From Eubacteriales bacterium (GTDB lineage Bacteria; Bacillota; Clostridia; Oscillospirales; UBA644), in the NCBI GenBank assembly GCA_045542115.1, contig JAZQKK010000033.1, positions 488 to 64,487 of the forward strand: a stretch of 64,000 nucleotides of DNA, given 5' to 3'. Positions 40,451-50,326 of this stretch are shown here, piece by piece (the stretch's first letter is position 1; each line of letters opens with the position of its first letter). Under the pieces are notes generated by a model. That model ran no database searches, was not told the origin of the DNA, and worked only from the letters and a program-made list of their open reading frames with translations. The position numbers were made by a program, and so were the translations under genes.

Positions 40451-40673
40451 CCTCCTAAACCTAATTTTTCTGTATTTGAAAATTCGGAGAATTTAACATA
40501 TACAAATATATAATATAATATTTTATCATAAATGTCAATGATTTTCAAAATAAAATTGCTTTTTTGTCACAATTAAACCCCACAGAAACTTTTCAGTTTA
40601 GGGGTTGAAATTATTCTGAAAATATGATATAATGAAGATAACAACAATCATTCTTGACAGGGAGGATACTTCG

Positions 40674-40961
40674 ATGCGAAGTCAAACGAATAAAAACAGC
40701 ACGGCCTTTTCCCGGAAAAAAAAGATTGATTTGATCTTTGCCGGAATTGCTCTCACGTTCTTGATTCTAATGGTTATTTTGCTGATTCAATTCTCCGGGT
40801 TGCGAAAACAGAATGCAGCACGCCCCGAAGAATACGGAACGGTGATGCAACAGTTGAACGAGGTAAAAACGCAGAAGAACGATTTGGAATCCAAAGTTGA
40901 TGCCCTGATGAGAGAGATTGACGAGTTAAACAAAAAAATCTCTTCTCTGAGCGGAAATTGA
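40674..40961 (+). CDS. Small membrane-anchored coiled-coil protein
   Basis: GGAGG RBS, one TM segment then heptad pattern. Confidence 0.65.
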   Translation: MRSQTNKNSTAFSRKKKIDLIFAGIALTFLILMVILLIQFSGLRKQNAARPEEYGTVMQQLNEVKTQKNDLESKVDALMREIDELNKKISSLSGN

Positions 40962-40970
40962 GGTGTCAGT

Positions 40971-41864
40971 ATGAGATTTGCAAGCGTATTTATAACCTTT
41001 GTTGCCGCATTGGCCTCATTGCTATTGATATTCGGTTGTTACAAAGAGAAAACCGCGATTGAAAACATTGGCGGATTTGAAGACGTAGTCCAAAAAACCG
41101 AATCCTATCGAAAAGAAATTGGCGACCTTGAAACGAAATTAACGGAACTTACAACGCAAAAAGCCAAGGCGGAAGAAACTTTGTCACTGTTGCAAAGTCG
41201 TGAAAATTACAAAACGACTCCCACGGCATTTTTAACCTTTGACGGCGGATTTTCACAAAACACCGTTGACGTAGTCAAAACGTTGGACAAACACGAATTA
41301 AAAGGTACCTTTTTCGTGGTTGGAACGAATCTTAAAACCAGCGAAACCTTGCGCGGAGCACTGAAATCCGCCTGGGAATCCGGGCACAAAATCGGAATCC
41401 GCTCCTATTCCGACGATTTTAAAAAGGTCTATTCCAGCGAAGACGCATATTTTCAAGATTTATACGCCTGCCGCGATATGGTCAAAGAAATTACAGGTGA
41501 GGTACCCATATTAGTCCGGATGCCCGGAGGAACAGCAACTGCGGAAGTTCTGTTTAAACGGTACACGGGAAGCAAGGACGTCTTCCCCAAAGTATTGGCT
41601 CGTCTGGAAGCAGAAGGTTTTATGGTCAACGACTGGACCGTAGACTCGGAAAACGCCACGAATTCCGATATCGACGATATTGTTTCTACCACTTTAAAAG
41701 GTTCTTCCCGGACGTTGAAAGCAACGTATAAGACCTGTGTGGTTTTGTTTACGGATAACAAACGGGCAAACACCTCCCTTTCCCGAATTATTGCCGGACT
41801 GAAAGAGCAAGGTTATACCTTCGCATCTCTCCCCACCGGAATTTGCATTACAAGACAAAGATAA
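40971..41864 (+). CDS. Polysaccharide deacetylase (CE4/NodB)-like protein with degenerate active site
   Basis: FLTFDGG, TFFVVG, RMPGG, DWTVDS. Confidence 0.75.
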   Translation: MRFASVFITFVAALASLLLIFGCYKEKTAIENIGGFEDVVQKTESYRKEIGDLETKLTELTTQKAKAEETLSLLQSRENYKTTPTAFLTFDGGFSQNTVDVVKTLDKHELKGTFFVVGTNLKTSETLRGALKSAWESGHKIGIRSYSDDFKKVYSSEDAYFQDLYACRDMVKEITGEVPILVRMPGGTATAEVLFKRYTGSKDVFPKVLARLEAEGFMVNDWTVDSENATNSDIDDIVSTTLKGSSRTLKATYKTCVVLFTDNKRANTSLSRIIAGLKEQGYTFASLPTGICITRQR

Positions 41865-41876
41865 GGAGTTTCCATT

Positions 41877-42473
41877 ATGTATAAACCGGAAGCTATGGAA
41901 GAAAATAAGAAAGTCTTTATCAACCTTTTGAAATCGGTTGACCGAAAAGGAATCGACAAACTTTTGGAATACCTTGAATCAAAGACCGACTTTTATACCG
42001 CCCCGGCTTCGACGAAGTACCATAATAACTGTCTGGGGGGACTGTTGGCGCATACGTTGAACGTGTACAAGAGCTTCAAAGACCTTTTGACTCTCCGCGA
42101 AATTGAAATGTCGGAAGAGAGTATTGTAATCGTTGCATTGCTCCACGATATCTGCAAGTGCAATTATTACGTATTGGAACAAAGAAATCGTAAAATTAAC
42201 GGAAAATGGGAACAAGTGGACGTTTGGTCCAACACAAAGACCGTCTCTCCTCCGCTGCCTCATTCCTATCGTTCCATTCGGATGCTTCAATCCTTTATTC
42301 GCCTTACCCCCCAAGAAGAATTATGTATTTATTATCATATGGGACCCTATGGCGGAGAAGATTACGAGTACCGCTCACTGTTACAGAAAGTCAATTCAGA
42401 TTACCCCGAAACGTTGCTTTTTTATACGGCAGACCTCTTCTCTACTTACCTGGACGAAGAGACCTATGAATAA
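41877..42473 (+). CDS. HD-domain phosphohydrolase
   Basis: DFYTAPASTKYH, GGLLAH, LLHDICK, HMG. Confidence 0.85.
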   Translation: MYKPEAMEENKKVFINLLKSVDRKGIDKLLEYLESKTDFYTAPASTKYHNNCLGGLLAHTLNVYKSFKDLLTLREIEMSEESIVIVALLHDICKCNYYVLEQRNRKINGKWEQVDVWSNTKTVSPPLPHSYRSIRMLQSFIRLTPQEELCIYYHMGPYGGEDYEYRSLLQKVNSDYPETLLFYTADLFSTYLDEETYE

Positions 42474-42521
42474 GATTTCGTCGCTTCACAATTTCGTTTC
42501 AAATATGTTACATTATCGCCA

Positions 42522-42550
42522 TTGACAAAGTGGAAAAAATGTAGTATAAT
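42522..42550 (+). promoter_or_regulatory. sigma-A promoter of tRNA pair
   Basis: TTGACA-17-TATAAT. Confidence 0.85.
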
Positions 42551-42583
42551 GGTCGAGCGCCGATAAGTGAAGCGGCAAGCTAT

Positions 42584-42660
42584 GGCGGAATAGCTCAGTT
42601 GGCTAGAGCATACGGTTCATACCCGTACGGTCGCCGGTTCAAATCCAGCTTCCGCTACCA
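42584..42660 (+). tRNA. tRNA-Met(CAT), elongator type
   Basis: GGCGGAATAGCTCAG...TACGG-TTCATAC-CCGTA...CCGCTACCA. Confidence 0.93.
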
Positions 42661-42663
42661 AAC

Positions 42664-42738
42664 GGCCCGTTGGTCAAGTGGTTAAGACACGGCCCTTTCA
42701 CGGCTGTAACAGGAGTTCGACTCTCCTACGGGTCACCA
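42664..42738 (+). tRNA. tRNA-Glu(TTC)
   Basis: GGCCCGTTGGTCAAG...CGGCC-CTTTCAC-GGCTG...GGGTCACCA. Confidence 0.96.
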
Positions 42739-42777
42739 AAAAATAGCATCCGATTTTTTCGGATGTTATTTTTTTTG
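42739..42777 (+). terminator. Terminator after tRNA-Glu
   Basis: AAATAGCATCCGA ... TCGGATGTTATTTTTTT. Confidence 0.8.
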
Positions 42778-42798
42778 CTTTCTTTTCCCAGAATAATG

Positions 42799-42827
42799 TT
42801 GACAATCTTAACGTAAAGTGTTATAAT
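42799..42827 (+). promoter_or_regulatory. sigma-A promoter
   Basis: TTGACA-17-TATAAT. Confidence 0.75.
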
Positions 42828-42870
42828 GAATTAGTCATCAACATCAACTATTCTTTAAGGAGTATTTAAT

Positions 42871-43323
42871 ATGAAATGTAATGTTTGTAATGCTGAAATT
42901 ACGGAAGGCCAGGCCTTCTGTTCTTACTGCGGAACCAAAATTGAACCCCCTCAAACGGTCACAGCCGAAACCTATGCAACTACGGAATCTGCGGTACAAC
43001 AACCGGTCATTACGTCGGACCTTCCCGCAAGTGACACTACAAAAAATGCAAAGATTGGCTTAATCTTTGGAATTCTTTCGGTGGCAATCAGCTGTCTCGG
43101 TCTGATCTTCGGAATTATCGGACTTACCAATTCCATAAAAGGAATGAAAACTCCCACCGCAAAGGGAATGGCCATCCCCGGAATGATACTTTCCATCGTC
43201 GGAATAGTCTCCAGCTTCTTTTCCGTTATATACTTATTTGCCTTCATCTACGGTATCGCAATGGGGATAATGGAAGAAAGCATTCCTTCTTATTTAATCA
43301 CGGTCGTTTCCAATCTTCTTTAA
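42871..43323 (+). CDS. Zinc-ribbon + DUF4190-like membrane protein
   Basis: CNVC...FCSYCG, two C-terminal TM segments, AAGGAG RBS. Confidence 0.75.
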   Translation: MKCNVCNAEITEGQAFCSYCGTKIEPPQTVTAETYATTESAVQQPVITSDLPASDTTKNAKIGLIFGILSVAISCLGLIFGIIGLTNSIKGMKTPTAKGMAIPGMILSIVGIVSSFFSVIYLFAFIYGIAMGIMEESIPSYLITVVSNLL

Positions 43324-43337
43324 AATTCTATAAAATC

Positions 43338-43373
43338 AAGCGGCACTTTTTCATTGAAAAAGTGCCGCTTTTT
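43338..43373. terminator. Bidirectional terminator
   Basis: AAGCGGCACTTTTTCA-T-TGAAAAAGTGCCGCTT. Confidence 0.8.
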
Positions 43374-43377
43374 CTCT

Positions 43378-44352
43378 TTAATTCTCGTCTGCGGGATATT
43401 GAATTCCAACAGTTTTGCGAATCATATCCAAAATTTGAAAGGCAGCTTGATGCGGTTTTGGGTCTGTCTGAATCCCCGCAGCCAAACTGTCAGCAAAGGC
43501 CTCACATTCGTACACCATATCGTTCTCTTCCGTATAAGGACTAAAAACGGTGCGTTCTCCCGTTTTTAAGGTCATTTCGATCGTCCGGGGTGAGGAGATG
43601 GCATCGACCGTCATCGTGCCGTTTTCCCCCTGGATCTCACATTGTCTGGACCCGGTGGAAACCTTAGAATAATTCAAATTCACCAGGAAATCGCGATACT
43701 TCAACACGGCAGACCCCAGTCCGTCCACTCCACCGGGAACTAAAATTCCCGATGCAGTCACGGACTCCGGATTTCCAAACAAATCCAGGGCCGGATACAA
43801 ACAATAAACGCCAAGGTCCAACAGTGCGCCGTTGGAGAATTCCGCTTTAAAGGTATTGACGTCTTCCCTGCGGAGATGAGCATCATAACGGCTGGAATAC
43901 TTTGAAAAATTGAAATTCACGTTACGAATTGTTCCCAACAACGGCAACTTTTCCTTCATCAGTTTATATGCAGGCATAAACTGTGACTTATATGCTTCTG
44001 CAAGATAGACATTGTTTTTTTGTGCATACTCCGTCATTTTGGTAACTTCTGCAAGATTGGATGCCAAAGGTTTTTCACACAAAACGGGAATATTTCGTTC
44101 CAAAAAGAACATCGTTTGCCGGAAATGGAATGAATTCGGGGATGCGATATACACCGTATCCACGCATTGTGCCATCTCATCCAACGTCTGGCAAGAATGG
44201 GGAATGTGATTCTTCCGGGCAAAGGTCTCCCCTTTCTCCTTGGACCGGGAGTAGATACACCACGGAATCGTCTTTGGGCAAATCGCCAACGCTTGTGCCA
44301 TCTTCTCCGAAATCTCCGACGTACCCACCAAACCGAATCGAATTCGCTTCAT
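43378..44352 (-). CDS. Gfo/Idh/MocA family oxidoreductase
   Basis: YIASPNSFH, VLCEKP, GALLDLGVY. Confidence 0.92.
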   Translation of the reverse strand: MKRIRFGLVGTSEISEKMAQALAICPKTIPWCIYSRSKEKGETFARKNHIPHSCQTLDEMAQCVDTVYIASPNSFHFRQTMFFLERNIPVLCEKPLASNLAEVTKMTEYAQKNNVYLAEAYKSQFMPAYKLMKEKLPLLGTIRNVNFNFSKYSSRYDAHLRREDVNTFKAEFSNGALLDLGVYCLYPALDLFGNPESVTASGILVPGGVDGLGSAVLKYRDFLVNLNYSKVSTGSRQCEIQGENGTMTVDAISSPRTIEMTLKTGERTVFSPYTEENDMVYECEAFADSLAAGIQTDPKPHQAAFQILDMIRKTVGIQYPADEN

Positions 44353-44629
44353 ATTCTTTTCTATCCTCCGGAATAATTTCTGTCAATACATCTTCGCATC
44401 GCACCTGTTTCACCCAATTCCGGCTCAACCACAATAGTCCGGCAGACAACACAACAGACAGAGAAATCTGCAACCATAACGGTCCGGAACAAAGACAAAC
44501 CATCAATCCGCCCGTACATCCCACGGAAACCCACAGAGCACGATACCGGAGAAAAAACAGTTCCGTAAAAGCAAACAATGCGATAAGACAAAGCCAGGAC
44601 AAGCCGGGATTTGAAAATAGAAAATCCAT
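44177..44629 (-). CDS. NfeD-like small membrane protein (N-terminal TM part)
   Basis: AAGGAG RBS, W..L...F...E hydrophobic pattern, PLWLQI; tail overlaps next gene. Confidence 0.45.
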   Translation of the reverse strand: MDFLFSNPGLSWLCLIALFAFTELFFLRYRALWVSVGCTGGLMVCLCSGPLWLQISLSVVLSAGLLWLSRNWVKQVRCEDVLTEIIPEDRKEYEANSIRFGGYVGDFGEDGTSVGDLPKDDSVVYLLPVQGERGDLCPEESHSPFLPDVG

Positions 44630-44778
44630 ATAATCACTCCTTTTACGGATATCCTATGCTCGTCCGGAAGTCCCTATGACATCAGTATAACAAATTATAA
44701 AGACAATGTCAAGCATCAACTTTTCGGCATAAGATGAATTGAGCCGTTACGGCTACTTTGTCTAAAAGAGTGATAATT

Positions 44779-45003
44779 ATGAGAACCAAATGCATCGGCG
44801 TTCGGTCTGTCACGTATGCTCAAAAAGCACAGAACGTTTTAAAAAAATACGGAATTAAAGCCTCACCCCGAAAACGATCGGATTTATCTTCCTCCGGATG
44901 CGGCTGGTGTGTTGACGTACCTCTCCTTCAATCCGAGACTGCCCTGACATTATTAAAAAACAATGGCGTTCGGGTTACCGGTGAAATGTATGATTTACCT
45001 TGA
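44779..45003 (+). CDS. DUF3343-like small protein
   Basis: SVTYAQKAQNVL, GCGW; precedes cysteine desulfurase. Confidence 0.7.
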   Translation: MRTKCIGVRSVTYAQKAQNVLKKYGIKASPRKRSDLSSSGCGWCVDVPLLQSETALTLLKNNGVRVTGEMYDLP

Positions 45004-46108
45004 CAATGCAGCCTCTTCCCATCCGAAACCACCGGAAGTGGTTCGGGCTGTAACCCGTCAATTACGAAGCAACGGTGCAAATCCGGGGCGAAGCGGTCAT
45101 CAAATGGCAATCAACGCCTCGGAAACCGTCTTCAAGTGCAGAACCCAATTAGCAGATTTTTTCGGTGCAGAGCCGGAGACCGTTTTGTTTACCGCAAACA
45201 CGACCGAGGCAATCAATCGGGTGTTTAAAGGGATATTACGACAGGGAGACCACGTGCTGATTTCCGATTTGGAACACAATTCGGTATTACGCCCTTTAAT
45301 TGCAATGAGGGATCGGGGCATCATCTCCTTTGATGTCGTTTCCACCGGGACCCGCGACGAGGAAACGGCGAAAAACTTTGCTGATTCGGTTACTAAAAAA
45401 ACAAAACTTATCTTTTGTACTCACGCATCCAACGTTACCGGTAGGATTTTACCCATTCAACAAATCGGTACGTTTTGTCGGGAAAAGGGAATTTTATTTG
45501 GCGTAGACGGTGCACAAACTGCCGGAACCCAAGCATATAACTTAAAAGAAGACCCTGTGGATATGCTTTGCATTCCCGGTCATAAAGGCCTGTTGGGTCC
45601 ACAGGGAACCGGGGCTTTACTCTTAGCAAAACCCTTGGATATGCTCCCTCTGACCGAAGGCGGCACCGGTTCTGATTCCTTATTGGTACGACAACCGTTG
45701 ATTTTTCCCGACGGGTACGAAAGTGGAACGCTGAATACCCCGGGGATTGCCGGTCTTCGAGAAGGAGTACGTTACGTTAATACCCATAAAGAAAAAATCC
45801 GAAAATTAGAAGAGAGATTAAGGGATTATTTTCTCAACGAAATTTCAGATTTACAGGATTTTCGCATTATAAGTCCGGGGGAACACTTCGTTTCCACGAT
45901 TTCCCTTGCCCACAAACGTGACCACTCCGAAAAAATAGTCCAATGGCTCGACCATTGCAACATTTGTACCCGTGGTGGATTTCATTGCTCCGCATTAGCT
46001 CATCGGACCTTGAATACCACTTCGCAAGGAACAGTTCGAATCAGCTTCGGATATCAGAATACCGAACGAGACGTAGCGGAATGTGTGAAATGTTTGAAGA
46101 AATATTAA
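44990..46108 (+). CDS. Cysteine desulfurase (class V aminotransferase)
   Basis: IYLDNAASS, PGHKGLLGPQG, ESGT, RGGFHCS. Confidence 0.92.
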   Translation: MIYLDNAASSHPKPPEVVRAVTRQLRSNGANPGRSGHQMAINASETVFKCRTQLADFFGAEPETVLFTANTTEAINRVFKGILRQGDHVLISDLEHNSVLRPLIAMRDRGIISFDVVSTGTRDEETAKNFADSVTKKTKLIFCTHASNVTGRILPIQQIGTFCREKGILFGVDGAQTAGTQAYNLKEDPVDMLCIPGHKGLLGPQGTGALLLAKPLDMLPLTEGGTGSDSLLVRQPLIFPDGYESGTLNTPGIAGLREGVRYVNTHKEKIRKLEERLRDYFLNEISDLQDFRIISPGEHFVSTISLAHKRDHSEKIVQWLDHCNICTRGGFHCSALAHRTLNTTSQGTVRISFGYQNTERDVAECVKCLKKY

Positions 46109-46241
46109 AAAAATTGGTAATTCTCTTGATTTTTCTCGCGTTTACTGTTAAAATGATAATATAATGTTAATTTAAATAAACCGGGTAACACCCGTGCTAC
46201 CCGGTCATACGTGAGAATCCAAGACAAAGGAGTGGGAAAAC

Positions 46242-47111
46242 GTGCTTCCGTTTTTTCAAAGCATCGGCGACTTTATTATAACGACGGTAAAGAATTTCAT
46301 TTGGCAGGATATTGTTGATATCGTATTCGTTGCTATCATCATCTTTTATGTCCTGAAATTTATTCGCGATACCCGTGCGGCACAATTGATGAAAGGAATC
46401 CTTTTGATTGTCCTACTCTTTCAGTTGGCAAAAGTTTTGCAGCTGCAAGCCACTTCTTTTATACTTAACAGCACTTTGGAATTTGGGATTCTCGCCGTTC
46501 TCATTGTGTTTCAACCGGAATTGCGGACACTCCTGGAACGTATTGGCCGCAGCCGAGGTGGAAAGAGCATTCCTTTCTTTGGAGTAGACCGCAATCAGAC
46601 CGACGTTCAGATCGCATCGGACATTACCAATATCGTGGACGCAGTCTCCAATATGTCCGCAACAAGGACAGGGGCCCTCATCGTAGTCGAACGTTCCACG
46701 AAGCTGGGAGAAGTCATCAACACGGGGACAACTCTGGATGCGGGCATTGTGTCCGAAATGATTACAAACATCTTTTTTCCGAAGGCACCTCTTCACGACG
46801 GAGCAATGATCATTCGGGACGGTCGGATCAAGGCGGCCGGATGTTTCTTGCCGTTGACGACGAAAACCCTTGAAAGTGAATTGGGGACACGCCATCGGGC
46901 AGGAATCGGAGTCAGTGAAATTTCCGACGCCGTAGTTATTTTGGTCTCGGAAGAAACCGGCATTATTTCCGTTGCGATGGAAGGGCGTCTGCAACGTAGA
47001 CTCACGCCCGATGCCTTGGAAGCACTTTTGACAAAGGAACTGATTTCTTCGGAAAAAGAGAAAAAGGAATCTATCTTCAACATTTTCAAGGGAAGGGGGA
47101 ATAAATCGTGA
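46242..47111 (+). CDS. cdaA: Diadenylate cyclase
   Basis: Three TM, FQPELR, PLHDGA, GTRHRA, VSEETG. Confidence 0.96.
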   Translation: MLPFFQSIGDFIITTVKNFIWQDIVDIVFVAIIIFYVLKFIRDTRAAQLMKGILLIVLLFQLAKVLQLQATSFILNSTLEFGILAVLIVFQPELRTLLERIGRSRGGKSIPFFGVDRNQTDVQIASDITNIVDAVSNMSATRTGALIVVERSTKLGEVINTGTTLDAGIVSEMITNIFFPKAPLHDGAMIIRDGRIKAAGCFLPLTTKTLESELGTRHRAGIGVSEISDAVVILVSEETGIISVAMEGRLQRRLTPDALEALLTKELISSEKEKKESIFNIFKGRGNKS

Positions 47112-48367
47112 ATAAAAAAAGAAGCGTCAGTGCCTTTTTGGGGAAATTACTTCACGATAACCGTTTTCTTGCGATCCTTTCCATCCTTCTTGCACTTTTT
47201 GTTTGGTTTTACATTCTTTACATCGTCAATCCGGTCAACGAGACGGTCTTTGATAAAGTAGAAGTCGATCTTGCATACGAAGGCTCCGTTCCGGACCGAA
47301 ACGGTTATATGTATTTAATGACCGACCCGAACCTGACCGTCAGCGTCACCGTTTCCGGGTCCCGTTCGGAACTGCTTAATCTATCCAAAGAAAACATTAA
47401 AGCTACTTTGAATATGGATTCTGTCATTTCGGAAGGAACTTACAACATCAGCGTTTCCGCCTCTACCGGAAACAGTAAATTGACTGTTACCGATATCTAT
47501 CCGAAAGCTTTTACCATTGAATTTGCCGCAGAAACCTCGAAGCAAGTTCCGGTAGAACTTCTACCCTCCGGAGCACTTCCTTCCGGGTATGAAATCAACG
47601 ACCAATCCGTCTCCCCTCAGACCATTACCGTTACCGGACCTTCTAAAACAGTCGAAACTGTCAGCAAGGCCTACGTAACCGTTCCGCTGACAAACGTCAA
47701 GGAAGATATTTCTGCCGCATACGACGTTTCTCTCGTGACCGAAACGGGGGAAAACGTAGACCGTCGTTATCTGACACTCTCCGACACGTCAGTGCAAGCC
47801 GCCGTCGACGTATGCTACCGAAAAACGCTCCAAACCGTCGTTGAATTGGATAATCCTTTTGGAAGCAACAAAGAAGATTCTTTTATTACCGTTACTTTGG
47901 ACAATCCCTATATCAAAGCCACCGGAGAGGAAAAGACCCTCTCTGCGGTCGAAAATCTGTTAATCGGTCAAATCAATACGTCTGAAATCACAAAAAATAC
48001 CGAGATCACTTTACCGGTCCCAAAGATAGAAGGTGTAACTTTTAGCGCGGAACAAGTGGTTGCATCCATCACTTTTGATAAGTCCACAGCGACAAAAACA
48101 TTGACGTTCAAGGCCTCAGATATTACACCGGTCAATACTCCGGAAGGGAAAATTGCAACAATCGGAACGAATTACGTTTCCATTCGCATCCGAGGAAAAG
48201 CAGAAACGCTCAAAGATTTGACTACGACAACCCTAAAATGCGAAGTAGACCTTTCCGAAAACAGTGCTGACGGAAGTTTCCCTTTAAGAGTCATCCCCAC
48301 GGCATCCGTATCCAACGCTGGCTATGACGTTGTCGGCTCTTATTATGCAAAAGTAAATCTGCAATGA
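47108..48367 (+). CDS. cdaR: CdaR/YbbR-domain regulator
   Basis: N-terminal TM, repeated VTVSG/ITVTGP YbbR modules, follows cdaA. Confidence 0.85.
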   Translation: MNKKRSVSAFLGKLLHDNRFLAILSILLALFVWFYILYIVNPVNETVFDKVEVDLAYEGSVPDRNGYMYLMTDPNLTVSVTVSGSRSELLNLSKENIKATLNMDSVISEGTYNISVSASTGNSKLTVTDIYPKAFTIEFAAETSKQVPVELLPSGALPSGYEINDQSVSPQTITVTGPSKTVETVSKAYVTVPLTNVKEDISAAYDVSLVTETGENVDRRYLTLSDTSVQAAVDVCYRKTLQTVVELDNPFGSNKEDSFITVTLDNPYIKATGEEKTLSAVENLLIGQINTSEITKNTEITLPVPKIEGVTFSAEQVVASITFDKSTATKTLTFKASDITPVNTPEGKIATIGTNYVSIRIRGKAETLKDLTTTTLKCEVDLSENSADGSFPLRVIPTASVSNAGYDVVGSYYAKVNLQ

Positions 48368-49896
48368 GTTACCAACTTCTCAACGACATTCGGGTATCGA
48401 TAGAAAAACCGGAAGAAGATGCGATTGCGAAGGCAAAAAAAGAATTAGGACTCCCCTCTTCTGTTCCAGCGTTTGTCTATCGAAAATCTCTCGACACCCG
48501 GAAAGACCGATTTTCTTTTGTTTATACTATTGCTGTCAAGACCGAGAAAAAAGATGGCAGACTTCGACCTTTCCCGGAGTATCAGTTCCCGGAATCCGTA
48601 GTTTCTCAAAAAATTATTCCGGTCGTCGGATTTGGACCCGCCGGAATGTTTTGCGCCTGGTTGTTGGCAAAGTGCGGCCTTCGCCCTCTGGTTTTGGAAC
48701 GAGGACAGGCAATTGAACAACGAATTTCCGACGTGGAGCGATTCTGGAATGGCGGAGCACTTGACCCGGAATCCAACGTACAGTTTGGAGAGGGGGGGGC
48801 CGGAACCTTTTCTGACGGAAAACTGACTACACGAATCAATGACCCTCGATGCCGAAAAATTCTTGAAACGTTCGTTTCCTTTGGAGCCCCTGAGGAAATT
48901 CTGACCTTAGCAAAACCCCACATCGGAACCGACCGACTGAGAAACGTTGTCACCGCAATGCGTAAAGAGATTCAAAAACTCGGAGGCGAAATTCGATTTG
49001 GTGCAAAGGTCACAGACCTGTTTTTTAACAACGGAAGGCTTTCTGCCATTTTCGTAAACGGTGAACGACTGGATACGGACATCGCAGTGCTTGCCATCGG
49101 AAACGGAGCAAGGGATTCCTACGAAATGTTGTTAAAAAAACCGCTTGCCATTCAGGCGAAACCCTTTTCGGTTGGGTTTCGGGTAGAACACAGCCAAGAA
49201 GCGTTAAATCAGCGAATATACGGAAAATTCAACGGAAATACGAATCTCGGGCCCGCGGACTATTTATTCAGCTACGTCACGGATAAAAGCACGTCCGAAG
49301 CCGTCTATTCCTTCTGTATGTGCCCTGGGGGACAAGTAGTCAACGCCTCTTCCCTGCCAGATCAACTGGTTACCAATGGGATGAGTCATTATACCAGAGA
49401 TGGGAAAAATGCAAACGCCGCCATTTTGGCATCGGTACGCCCGGCAAGTGTCAAAGAAGGATTAGACCTGCAAAAATCCATTGAAATTGCCGCGTATCAC
49501 GTTGCAAACGGGATGGGGCCGACAACAACCGGAAAAGATTTTTTAAACCAAACCTGCCCTTCCCGATTATCCGGACCGATGGCAACGTTTTTACCGGGCG
49601 TCACTCCCTTTGACATTAACGAATTATTCCCTTCGATGGTTTCTCATCGTTTAAGAGAAGGTTTTTCAAAATTTAAGGAACGGATTCTTGGAGATGAACC
49701 CGCCCTCTTGACAGCACCCGAAACCAGAACGTCCGCCCCCTTGCGGATTCTTCGAAATGAAGATTCGTTGCAAGCGGTAAACGGAGCTGGGCTGTATCCT
49801 TGCGGAGAAGGTGCCGGATATGCGGGAGGAATTATGTCCTCCGCAGTAGACGGGCTCCGAGTTGCAGAACAGATTATCGCACGGGAGTTATTATGA
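48364..49896 (+). CDS. FAD-dependent oxidoreductase (conserved family)
   Basis: GFGPAG, SNVQFGEGGAGTFSDGKL, GEGAGYAGGI. Confidence 0.88.
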   Translation: MSYQLLNDIRVSIEKPEEDAIAKAKKELGLPSSVPAFVYRKSLDTRKDRFSFVYTIAVKTEKKDGRLRPFPEYQFPESVVSQKIIPVVGFGPAGMFCAWLLAKCGLRPLVLERGQAIEQRISDVERFWNGGALDPESNVQFGEGGAGTFSDGKLTTRINDPRCRKILETFVSFGAPEEILTLAKPHIGTDRLRNVVTAMRKEIQKLGGEIRFGAKVTDLFFNNGRLSAIFVNGERLDTDIAVLAIGNGARDSYEMLLKKPLAIQAKPFSVGFRVEHSQEALNQRIYGKFNGNTNLGPADYLFSYVTDKSTSEAVYSFCMCPGGQVVNASSLPDQLVTNGMSHYTRDGKNANAAILASVRPASVKEGLDLQKSIEIAAYHVANGMGPTTTGKDFLNQTCPSRLSGPMATFLPGVTPFDINELFPSMVSHRLREGFSKFKERILGDEPALLTAPETRTSAPLRILRNEDSLQAVNGAGLYPCGEGAGYAGGIMSSAVDGLRVAEQIIARELL

Positions 49897-50312
49897 AAAT
49901 TACCGGACAAGTTATTAGAATCAAAGACCGTTTTGCATACGTTCGTACTGCCCGACCGGAGTCTTGTGAGCATTGTGCCAATGCAGGAATCTGCAACAAG
50001 AAAGACGTGGAAATTTGTGCTTACAATGATATTGGTGCAGAAAAAGGCAATTTTGTCACGGTTGAAACCAACGAGGACCGCACCGCACCTTTGATTTTGT
50101 CCTATCTGTTCCTTACACCAATTGCTATCTTGTTTGCATCTTATTTTCTCTACACGATCTATCCCTGGCTCGCATTGGTAGCAATTCCTTTTACTGCTGT
50201 ATATTATATTGTTCTGCGAAAAATAAACAAAAACCACCCGGTACGGGCTCGAATCGTTTCTCCCGCACTTCCCCCAAACGAATGTTCAGAGCTTATGACT
50301 GATGAAAAATAA
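49893..50312 (+). CDS. RseC/MucC family protein
   Basis: C..C...GIC, NDIGA..G..V.V, two TM segments. Confidence 0.8.
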   Translation: MKITGQVIRIKDRFAYVRTARPESCEHCANAGICNKKDVEICAYNDIGAEKGNFVTVETNEDRTAPLILSYLFLTPIAILFASYFLYTIYPWLALVAIPFTAVYYIVLRKINKNHPVRARIVSPALPPNECSELMTDEK

Positions 50313-50326
50313 GGAGCACACGTATT

